The position numbers were made by a program, and so were the translations under genes. The notes below the pieces were generated by a model. It was not told the origin of the DNA. It ran no database searches and worked only from the letters and a program-made list of their open reading frames with translations. Below are positions 15,792 to 32,000 of a stretch of 32,000 nt of DNA, one piece after another; positions within the stretch are counted from its first letter, which is position 1, and every line of letters starts with the position of its first letter. The stretch comes from Eledone cirrhosa (lineage: Eukaryota), in the NCBI GenBank assembly GCA_964016885.1, contig CAXHJY010000686.1:1-32000 (forward strand), read 5' to 3'.

Positions 15792-16006
15792 TACATATAC
15801 ATAGACACATATACACACTCACATATATATGTGTGTGCACACACACATATATACACATACACACATATACACATAAACACATATATGTGTATACATGCAC
15901 ACACACACATATATCCACATAGATACGAAGATAGACATATAAATAGAGAGACATACATATATATACAACCACACATACACACACATACATACACACACAT
16001 ATACAT

Positions 16007-16075
<69 letters not shown>

Positions 16076-16280
16076 CACATACACACTTTCACATACACAC
16101 ACATATACACATGCATATATACACATATATACATACATACACACACACATATATACACACACACAATCTTACATTCATATTTGCATGCGCATATATGTAT
16201 TTTTATATTCAGATATAAATACCCAAACATATATACACACCTACCTACATATATATTCATACATACACGCTTACAAATAC
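13990..16280. repeat. Degenerate mixed (CA)n/(TA)n low-complexity region between the ORF and the 3' pLTR
   Basis: Direct reading; CA-rich on plus strand, unlike the flanking tracts. Confidence 0.9.
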
Positions 16281-17404
16281 AGATGATAATAGTATGGGGG
16301 AAAGGGGGGGTTTGGAGAAGGGGATTATAGTAAATATATGTTTCAAGAAACATAGAATATTATCCGTATCTTGATCCAATGTATGTTTTTACATAGTTTC
16401 AGTGTTAGGAAATACAATAAACAAGAAATAAGGCAAAATTTATGCATTTCAAAATAAACAAGTATACCATTAATTATATGTTAACTAAACTAAAGATAGT
16501 TAACATATTGATTTCTAAGGTGTAAATTAGTTAGGTTTATAATATTTGAAGCAGAATTTTGAAGTTAAATAGTAGTGGAGTATTAATTATAGTATAACTA
16601 AATTAAAGTTAATAACGTTATGGTATCAATATTAGGAAATGAATTTAGTAATAGGGAAAAAAACAAATAAAGTATTACATCGGTAGTAGAATATAAATTA
16701 TAGGTTAACTAAATTAAAAATTATATATTTATTTCTATAGTATATGTTAATTAGGTATATAATAAATAAAACAGATATTGTATTTTATCAATAGCAGAAT
16801 ATAATTATATGCAAATAGAAATCAAAATTTATACATATACATATACATACACATACATATATACATATATATACACATATATATATACATATATACACAT
16901 ATACATACACACACACATACACATACACATATACATATACATATTTTTTTCAAAAAATTGCATAGAATATATTAACTAGGTATATATCCAAAACACATCC
17001 CATTCTATGATTACATGACATTCTGCAATTCGTCTGTATAAGGATACTAATTTTAAGCAAATTAAATTAAATTTTTAGGTTGATTAAAATTAAAACCAAA
17101 TTATAAATATATTTCTAAAATGTATATTAATTAGGTCTATAATACTAAAAATTATTTCTCTGTCATTGGATACACGATATTATTTTGTTATATTTTATCT
17201 GTAAAAGAATTATAATAAAAGGTTTAAATAAATTAAAATTAATCTATAAATTAAATTACTAAGTATATATTAGTAATATTTAAAGGTTTTTCACAATTTA
17301 TGATTACATAATATTTTATATTCTCATCTGTAATAAAATTTTAATTAAATTAAATTTATAGGTTAACTAACATTTAAATTAAATTAATTTCTAAAATAAT
17401 GTTA

Positions 17405-19867
17405 TTAATTAGGTTTATAATATTTAAATGTTTTTTTTAGTTTATGATTACACGATATAATTAATTCCTGTCTTTTATTTAATAAGATATCCTTAGATTT
17501 CATTATTTCAAATAGTTCTTGGGAACATAATCTACATTCATTTCTATTATTTTGATAAGGGGTGGCTCTTTTGAGCACACTCCAGGTCAAATCATATTCT
17601 ATATTCTTATTTTTATAACTATTGATTTTTTCTGCTAGAGATGTTGTATTAGCCAGTGCGGCATTTTTAAAACTATGCTTGTGGGTATTAAACCTTGTCT
17701 TAAAATTGTTAGAGGTAGCTCCTATATATGAGCAAATAGAATCTTTAGTTTTAACATTACATTTATAGACTATGTTGTTAACAAGACAATTCCCTTTTAA
17801 TGGGCAGTTTGCTTTGTTTCTACAGTTACATCCTTTCGTTAATTCTGTATTTGAGGAGATATTATGGTTAATTTGATGTACTGGTGGTATACTTATGGTT
17901 TTCTTACATTTATATGCATTATAGGCACTTATATTTTGTTTTATGTTATTTGTTGTAGAGTATGAGAATTTAACTGTAGACCTATTTAAGATTTGATGGT
18001 ATTTGTGGTTTGGCGGGAAGTTTTTCTCAAGGATATAAAAAAATTTTTTAGCAATATTATCTTTAACTTGTAAATTAAATGGAGCATTATACCAAGTAAC
18101 CCGTCTATTACGGTTTCTATGTTGTTTATTATTTTTATTATTTTTATAGGTTGTATCGTGATTTTTACTAGGAGGATTAATGTTAATGATCTCACCACAA
18201 CCATTTTTAGTTATAATTGTAGATTTAGGTGTTTTATCCTTTTTATTAGGAGTTTTATTATTAATATTTATTAGAGTTGTATGATGAGTAGTTTTTTGAG
18301 ATTTACTATACTTTATATTAGAAGATTTGGTATTTTGGGGTATAGTGTGGGTGGCATTTAGGTGTGTACTTTTCATTTGGTGTTTGTTGGTAATATTAGG
18401 TTGTATGCTTTCAGTATTTTTAGTAGAAGGTATATATTCTAATCTATTTTTGTGGCCACTTCTATCTAGAGCTTCGTTATAGAAGGTCGCATTTTTATCA
18501 AATACATCTTGGTTAGAAGAAAGGTTAGAAATTCTAAGTGATATATTATATACAAGGTTTTTAAGGATAGATTTAGGGTGATTAGATTGTGAGTGTATGT
18601 AATGTAAGTTTTGGTTAGGTTTATGGTAAGGTTGGTAGATACCCGTAGCTAAATCTAAAGTTATATCTAGGAAATTTACTACTTTACTTGTTTTTTCAAA
18701 AGTAATATTAAGATTATAATAGTCTTTAAGGAAAGTTCTAATATGTTTTTTGTTTTTTTCAATTTCTGAAAGGCTAAGGTTGTTAGAAAGAAGAAGACAG
18801 TCATCACGATATAAACCACCTTTGAGGTGGGGAAAAGAGGCATTTATGTTGAAAAGGAGAAAGAGGCCCACAAGATCAGTAATTTGGGCGGAATCGCTTG
18901 AACCCATAGTAATATCAAAAAGATTACTATATGTGTTTCTGGTCCAGTATTCATTCTGAAATTCAATAAGTGTTAGTCTAGCATGTGTAATAATATTAAT
19001 GTCATCCAAAGTTAAGTTAGATCTATTTTTAGCAAATATCAATGCTTTGTTCAGGAGTATAGGTGATATAGAAGAATAGTAATTATCTATATCAAATTGT
19101 AGAAATGAAGCAGAAGATTTACACCTAATATTTTTAAACCAGTTAATTACCTGGGAGGTGTTTTCCCAGAGTGGTAAAATAACGTGTTTTCTTATTTGTG
19201 GGATGACTCTATCTAAAATTTTTTTGCTAATTATTCCAATATCTGATTTGGAGGGACATATAAGTCTAATAGAAGGATTTGAGTTAAAGTTTGATTTGTG
19301 ATCCTTCAGGTTGAAGTGTGGTCTTTTCAATGCCAAAGGTTCAGTTCTATCTTCAATGTTTAGTTTTTTTACTATGTTGTGTGTTTTGTTGTTGATGTTG
19401 GTGAGTGACGCATTATTAGATTTTTTATAATTTTTTCTGAGTTCTTTATATATGAACTCGTTATAATGTTCAATATCCATATGATACAAGTTACCAGTTT
19501 TGTCCGAGTGGACATGGATTTTTTTAGACTTTTTTAGGTCCAATAGGGTTGAATCAAGGTCCTTTTGAAAGACGGATTTATACTTTTTAAATTTGAGGTG
19601 TTTAATTAAATTAAAAAGGTCTTTCTCGAAGTCTTCAAGTAAAAAGTTGTGTGGTGGATTCTTGTAAGTATTGAAATCATACATATATTTCCGATCTGCT
19701 TGTTTAGATTTTCTATCGAAGTGGTAGGCTCTCCATCTAACCCTTCTGATAAAATTATTAGTTTTCTGAATCATAAGGAGTAAGAAGTCATCCTTAGAAG
19801 GTATTGGTATGTTTTTTAAGGAGGTTCCTAAATATTGTTTTTCCATTGTGATATGGATGATGGACAA
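17405..19867 (-). CDS. Penelope-like reverse transcriptase with C-terminal GIY-YIG endonuclease
   Basis: RT motifs FLQFDIDNYYSSI, ITMGSSDS, GGLYRDD, FLDITLD, YIHSQSNHP; CNCx5CPL linker; IVY..YIG, FKTRF..H, CRLC..E, LLN..CNH. First ATG at 19846 (813 aa). Confidence 0.95.
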   Translation of the reverse strand: MSIIHITMEKQYLGTSLKNIPIPSKDDFLLLMIQKTNNFIRRVRWRAYHFDRKSKQADRKYMYDFNTYKNPPHNFLLEDFEKDLFNLIKHLKFKKYKSVFQKDLDSTLLDLKKSKKIHVHSDKTGNLYHMDIEHYNEFIYKELRKNYKKSNNASLTNINNKTHNIVKKLNIEDRTEPLALKRPHFNLKDHKSNFNSNPSIRLICPSKSDIGIISKKILDRVIPQIRKHVILPLWENTSQVINWFKNIRCKSSASFLQFDIDNYYSSISPILLNKALIFAKNRSNLTLDDINIITHARLTLIEFQNEYWTRNTYSNLFDITMGSSDSAQITDLVGLFLLFNINASFPHLKGGLYRDDCLLLSNNLSLSEIEKNKKHIRTFLKDYYNLNITFEKTSKVVNFLDITLDLATGIYQPYHKPNQNLHYIHSQSNHPKSILKNLVYNISLRISNLSSNQDVFDKNATFYNEALDRSGHKNRLEYIPSTKNTESIQPNITNKHQMKSTHLNATHTIPQNTKSSNIKYSKSQKTTHHTTLININNKTPNKKDKTPKSTIITKNGCGEIININPPSKNHDTTYKNNKNNKQHRNRNRRVTWYNAPFNLQVKDNIAKKFFYILEKNFPPNHKYHQILNRSTVKFSYSTTNNIKQNISAYNAYKCKKTISIPPVHQINHNISSNTELTKGCNCRNKANCPLKGNCLVNNIVYKCNVKTKDSICSYIGATSNNFKTRFNTHKHSFKNAALANTTSLAEKINSYKNKNIEYDLTWSVLKRATPYQNNRNECRLCSQELFEIMKSKDILLNKRQELIISCNHKLKKTFKYYKPN

Positions 19868-19998
19868 TTGAAAGAGCTCAACTAAATGTATATGGGTTTA
19901 CAAAATGATACATATATATATGTATATACATAAATATAAAATTAATACACACATACAGTACAAAAATACGAATATTTCCGTGAAAATAGGAGCAAAAT

Positions 19999-20805
19999 TA
20001 TGTAGATAAATCTACCAAGAGTTTACGGTAGTGTCCAATCCGTATGAAGAACTCAATGTATTCCGGATATCATGGAAAGAAGAGATATAATGAAAAATCA
20101 CTTTCGGTGAAAGATAAACGGTATACAGAGTCAAGATAAAATATTAAACAAATAATGAATAAACAATGAGACAGTTCCTTATATTAAACAAAAAAAGTTC
20201 ATTATTTAACGATCGTTTCTAGGATATATATGTGTTAGAATTGGCATGCATATTCAACAGATCTATGTACAAAATTATACAAAATTATACAAACTATCAA
20301 GATTAAATATACATACCAACACATATATATGCCGTCTTCAGAATAATGAAGTATATTTATTGATAATAACAACAATTCAAAATTTCAGGTCCGTTTGGGA
20401 ACAAAATTGACCAATGAAAACACAAAAGGTTAAATGCAGTTCGGTGTGTGTATATACATGTAAAACCTTACACATATTTTACAAAAATGTATGTATAATT
20501 TGTATAGGCATACTAAAAGGATGGATGCAAATACAAAATTTCAAGGTAATGTCTCTGTAAGTTTATAATGCACAGATAAGATGCGTGTAGACACACAAAT
20601 ATGAAATTAAGTATATAAATATATTTTTTTTCATACTCACACATATCCGTACAATCAAACATACACGCGCGTATATGCATAAATATACACATAACCACGA
20701 ACATACAAACACACACACACCCCCACTCACATTTATATATGTGGATATAAAATCATAAGCACATGGATATTAATTCACTCACATAAACACTGGCACACAC
20801 ATTTA
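19999..20805 (-). repeat. 5' pseudo-LTR of the Penelope-like element
   Basis: Direct repeat of 13068-13875. Confidence 0.92.
20198..20350 (-). ncRNA. Type I hammerhead ribozyme with extended stem II (5' pLTR)
   Basis: Same as 13267-13420, with one T fewer in the 5' strand of stem I. Confidence 0.72.
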
Positions 20806-24174
<3,369 letters not shown>

Positions 24175-24390
24175 ATTAAGTAAAAATGTACATCCACATA
24201 TGTATACTGAAATACTAGTATGCATATGAATACACACACGTGTACATATGTAGATGTACCGAGTTTTCACTGACACTTTACTGTGAGTGTCCAGCTATCT
24301 GTATGTAAACACACAGACACACCGGTTTTTAGAGTCATACTGGTTTTCGGGGAAACACCTTTCCTCTATTCTTCAGAAAGCCAGACAAGG

Positions 24391-24435
24391 AACATTGGAC
24401 TAGTTTCGATGTTGTTACATCTCATCAGCAATATT
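24391..24435 (-). ncRNA. Canonical minimal type I hammerhead ribozyme
   Basis: AATATTG-CTGATGA-GATGT-aaca-ACATC-GAAAC-TA-GTC-CAATGTT; palindromic ACTAGT; GUC triplet. Confidence 0.92.
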
Positions 24436-24854
24436 TACCTATCTTCCGGCCTTTCTAGAGAATCGTAAAGCACATATCGTTATGTGCTTTTTCTATGAAA
24501 ATTAGTAGTGGGCAGACCAATTTGCATAGAGCGTGAGTACGTACCGGTTCAGCGGAGACGATAAAAACAAATAACGAAACGAAATTAATTTCGTTTCGTT
24601 TGTAACTCACTTTTGTATGACTGACGCTTAAACAATTAAGTTAAAAATGTACATCCACATATGTATACTGAAATACTAGTATGCATATGAATACACACAC
24701 GTGTACATATGTAGATGTACCGAGTTTTTCACTGGACACTTTACTGTGAGTGTCCAGCTATTCTGTATGTAAACACACAGACAAACGGTTTTTAGAGTCA
24801 TACTGGTTTTCGAGGAAACACCTTTCCTCTATTCTCCAGAAAGCCAGACCAAGG

Positions 24855-24899
24855 AACATTGGACTAGTTTCGATGTTGTTACAGCTCATCAGCAATATT
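24855..24899 (-). ncRNA. Minimal type I hammerhead ribozyme (one stem II mismatch)
   Basis: As 24391-24435, but stem II begins GCTGT. Confidence 0.85.
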
Positions 24900-25069
24900 T
24901 AATTTCGTTTCGTTAATTTAATTTCGTTTCGTTATTTGTTTTTATCGTCTCCGCTGAACCGGTACGTACTCACGCTCTATGCAAATTGGTCTGCCACTAA
25001 ATTTCATAGAAAAAAGCACATAACGATATGTGCTTTTACGATTCTCTAGAAAGGCCGGAAGATTAGGTA

Positions 25070-25114
25070 AATATTGCTGATGAGATGTAACAACATCGAA
25101 ACTAGTCCAATGTT
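25070..25114 (+). ncRNA. Canonical minimal type I hammerhead ribozyme
   Basis: AATATTG-CTGATGA-GATGTAACAACATC-GAAACTAGTC-CAATGTT; predicted cleavage after 25107. Confidence 0.92.
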
Positions 25115-25481
25115 CCTTGTCTGGCTTTCTGGAGAATAGAGGAAAGGTGTTTCCTCGAAAACCAGTATGACTCTAAAAACCGGTTTGTCTGTGTGTTACA
25201 TACAGAATAGCTGGACACTCACAGTAAAGTGTCCAGTGAAAAACTCGGTACATCTACATATGTACACGTGTGTGTATTCATATGCATACTAGTATTTTAG
25301 TATACATATGTGGATGTACATTTTTAACTTAATTGTACATATGTACACGTGATGTGTATTCATATGCATACTGTATTTCAGTATACATATGTGGATGTAC
25401 ATTTTTAACTTAATGTTTAAGCGTCAGTCATACAAAAGTGAGTTACAAACGAAACGAAATTTAATTTCGTTTCGTTATTTG

Positions 25482-25860
<379 letters not shown>

Positions 25861-25986
25861 TGTAGGAGGTGAGTTTTATTGTAGTACAATAAAGCAATGC
25901 AGATATCGGATAAGAAGCACTCTACAGTTTGTGGGACTGGAGTATGCATAATATAAGATCAAAAAGATGGTTAAAGGAGTTCAATA

Positions 25987-26057
25987 TATTTTATTATGCG
26001 CATTCAAAAACAAACATCATCAAATAATAATATTTGTGTTTTTCATCAGATAAAATA
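25987..26057 (-). ncRNA. Hammerhead ribozyme copy with a 1-nt core deletion (GAAT instead of GAAAT)
   Basis: Inverted copy of 26182-26251; the deletion may be a mutation or a sequencing error. Confidence 0.55.
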
Positions 26058-26181
26058 GGAGAACATGATATGAAGGCTAAAAAAACACTTGTTGATAGTG
26101 CAGTTTTAAATCAACATATATATATGTTGATTTAAAACTGCACTATCAACAAGTGTTTTTTAGCCTTCATATCATGTTCTC

Positions 26182-26251
26182 TATTTTATCTGATGAAACA
26201 CAAATATTATTATTTGATGATGTTTGTTTTTGAAATGCGCATAATAAAATA
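26182..26251 (+). ncRNA. Type I hammerhead ribozyme
   Basis: TATTTTAT-CTGATGA-aacacaaa..tttgttttt-GAAAT-GCGC-ATA-ATAAAATA; palindromic ATGCGCAT stem III; AUA triplet. Confidence 0.82.
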
Positions 26252-26286
26252 TATTGAACTCCTTTAACCATCTTTTGATCTTATAT

Positions 26287-29760
<3,474 letters not shown>

Positions 29761-29913
29761 ACACATACACTCTATCTATACACATCATGGAAAGTTATAT
29801 TTAAATTGTTGGGTTACCACTAGTAAATATTTATAACTGATATAAAAGCACTCGACAAATATTTGGAGTATATTTACCATATTAAAATAAATGGAAACTC
29901 TATTTATAAAACC

Positions 29914-29990
29914 ATATTTATTTCATTATATATATTTCAGGGATATCATATTAACAATATGCTATGCCTTCCTCAGACAAAACACAATAT
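29914..29990 (-). ncRNA. Type I hammerhead ribozyme in the 3' pLTR of the second PLE
   Basis: Minus strand: ATATTgTGTTTTGT-CTGAGGA-AGGcATAgCATATT-gtt-AATATGaTATcCCT-GAAAT-ATAT-ATA-ATGAAATAAATAT. Confidence 0.78.
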
Positions 29991-31377
29991 AAACAGTTTA
30001 TAGATAAATAGATTCGACATACCGTAACAACATCTACTTGCATTTGAGAAGGTTGATTTGTTAGTGACAAAATTGTACACAGAGAGAAAGAAAGAGAGAG
30101 AGAAAGAGAGAAAAAAAAGCGAGAAAAAAGGAAAGAAAGACAGAAAACGAAGAAAAAGAAAAAGAAGAAATGCATGGAACAAAATAGAGAGATGGAAAGA
30201 TAGATAAAGAGAAGAACTTCATGTAAAGAAACAGAAAGATATATATATAGAGAGAGAGAGGAAATAGAGATAGATACATATATATAGAAAGCTAGGTAGT
30301 GGGACGTCTGTTGAATAACGTATCAATGATACATTTATTTATTTATTTAGCTCTAGTATTAATGTAGGGAGATATATGGAGGGAAAAACAAGCTGTTATA
30401 TAGGGAGAGAAAAGATATAGAGAGAGAAAAAAAAAGAGGAAAAAAAAAAGAGAGAAAAAATTCAAAAATATCCAGACACAGGCGAGGCGTAAAAACCTCT
30501 GTTTTAATGTAGAGGTATTAGTATTTACAAAACCAGCCTCTACATTGTAAATATCAGTATTCCTGAATGAGATATGTATCCACAATGTGTGAAAATTAAT
30601 GATCTTATGTTTAGTTTTTTAAAAAAATTCATATGTTTATGTGATAATTACAAACATCTATGTGAATGTACATGATCAATTCTGCAAACCCTAAGTTCAC
30701 GGAAAGTATTCTCAATGCGGTATAAAAATTTAAGTATACATATATGTGTATATAGAGTCAATATTACTATTTCTGTCTCTACTCTACAAGATTATCTATC
30801 AAGCAAAAATAGAGCAGATTTCAATATACTAATAAAAATAAAAATAAAAATATATCGGAAACAAACTAAAAATAACAATAATAATAATAAGTAATAATAA
30901 AATAGAAAACTAAGAAATATTACGAAAGAATATTACATATTAAAAATATTACATATTAAAAAATTTACATATTAAAAATATTAAAAATAAAAATATTAGG
31001 AAATACTACAATAATAAAAATAAGATAAACCACAAAGATCAACCCTTCAAAATTAATTGACAATATATTGCCAAGTTCATTATAAACATCAGAGTCGAAA
31101 AACAGATAAAGCCAAAAATTATCTATCAAATCGCATCTAGCAAGATCATTTCAAAAGTATAGGATGCCCAATTTGGTCTACATGTGTTCTTATATTTAAT
31201 ATAGAAGTTTATCTAGTGTAACGTTTATTCGAAATATTTGGAGCATCAACTTTTAGGGTAGCTTAATTTTTCATGAAGAATGTTTAAATAAATAAAATAA
31301 AAATAAAAGAATAAAAAGAGAATCAAAGATTTATCGGCTAGTTGTTTCCCATATAATTATAAATCAAACTAAATATA

Positions 31378-32000
31378 CTACATTTTAAATTTAAATTTAT
31401 ATTTAAACGTTGAGTTTAATCTATGTTTGCAACAACTGAATAAATTTGTCCGTAGATTAAGGGAATTTTTAGATTTTAGTATAAAGAATATCTCCTCTGC
31501 GCAGAGGTCACATGTCTCAGAGGATGAATTAAAAGGAATCCCTCTTGAGACTATATTCCAAGCCGTCGAATATCTAACGTTATCTAGCTTAAGTTGCCAT
31601 AGTACGCCTGATAGTGCCGTTGAAGATTTTTTACTTGGATCTGTGAAAGAATTCTTGTGGTTATTATAGCGAAGTTTAAATTCCGTCGATGTGGAACCGA
31701 CGTAGTTAAAAGAATTAGAGTCAGTATTAACATTACAATTGTATACTATATTTTTAACTAAGCAGTTGTTATTTAACGGACATTTATATCTATCTCTACA
31801 GTTACATTTGTTAACTTGTATATTATTTATGCTGTTATCACTAGGTTTTAAGTTCCCATTATTTATTCTATTGATATTTTGTGCTAAATTTTTGGTGGAT
31901 GAGTAGGTTAATTTAATTGTATGTCTATTGAAAATTGAGTGATATCTATGTGTTCTAGGGAAGCGATTATCAAGAGCTTTAAAAAATAGTTTAGCGATGT
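31378..32000 (-). CDS. C-terminal ~206 aa of a Penelope-like RT/GIY-YIG protein (partial; absent from the ORF track)
   Basis: Manual translation from 31998: IAKLFFKALDNRFPRTHRYHSIFNRHTIKLTYS...KCNCRDRYKCPLNNNCLVKNIVYNC...YVGSTSTEFKLRYNNHKNSF...CDLCAEE...LN...CCKHR...KM-stop; collinear with the C-terminus of the 17405-19867 protein. Confidence 0.92.
   Translation of the reverse strand, partial: IAKLFFKALDNRFPRTHRYHSIFNRHTIKLTYSSTKNLAQNINRINNGNLKPSDNSINNIQVNKCNCRDRYKCPLNNNCLVKNIVYNCNVNTDSNSFNYVGSTSTEFKLRYNNHKNSFTDPSKKSSTALSGVLWQLKLDNVRYSTAWNIVSRGIPFNSSSETCDLCAEEIFFILKSKNSLNLRTNLFSCCKHRLNSTFKYKFKFKM

Larger units (their letters stand above)
13068..20805 (-). mobile_element. Complete Penelope-like retroelement (endonuclease-containing, Hydra-clade-like) with direct pseudo-LTRs
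   Basis: Single RT + GIY-YIG ORF, near-identical ~808-bp direct repeats, an HHR in each, (TA)n on both flanks. Confidence 0.92.
25861..26289. mobile_element. HHR-bearing insert forming a ~170-bp-arm inverted repeat (25948-26289) centred on CATATATATATG
   Basis: Arms are reverse complements apart from small indels; one HHR per arm, pointing outward. Confidence 0.8.
29780..32000 (-). mobile_element. 3' part of a second, divergent Penelope-like element (runs off the window)
   Basis: GIY-YIG-coding ORF end, ~1.6-kb 3' region with an HHR, ending at (TA)n; left boundary approximate. Confidence 0.88.

Noticed and set aside
13068-20805. LTR retrotransposon interpretation of the direct repeats
   Set aside because: No gag, protease, RNase H or integrase, and no TG..CA ends; the ORF is PLE-type RT + GIY-YIG
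24330-24385. Second HHR-like motif in the ~460-nt monomer (minus CTGAAGA..hairpin..GAAA)
   Set aside because: The other two copies read CTGGAGA, and stems I and III do not pair
31427-31669. 80-aa plus-strand ORF
   Set aside because: Antisense shadow of the real minus-strand GIY-YIG frame

Overview
Eukaryotic, very AT-rich, gene-free window; the sequence alone does not identify the host. Roughly half is degenerate (TA)n microsatellite, and almost every island between the tracts is a retroelement or retroelement derivative. It holds (1) a near full-length CR1-like LINE on the minus strand (CCCH-zinc-finger ORF1; APE+RT ORF2) with an in-frame U-UUU-UUA slippery site that could fuse ORF1 to ORF2 by -1 frameshifting; (2) a complete Penelope-like element (PLE; RT + GIY-YIG) with ~808-bp pseudo-LTRs, each carrying a hammerhead ribozyme (HHR) with a very long stem II; (3) the 3' part of a second PLE family at the right edge, whose ORF is missing from the ORF track; (4) several non-coding HHR-bearing inserts, including 310-nt and ~460-nt tandem retrozyme-like arrays, four of them with a divergent head-to-head inverted architecture. 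By eye I find 14 complete or near-complete type I HHR motifs plus one truncated pair, in 8 different sequence contexts. The IY/YI-rich ORFs are microsatellite artefacts.
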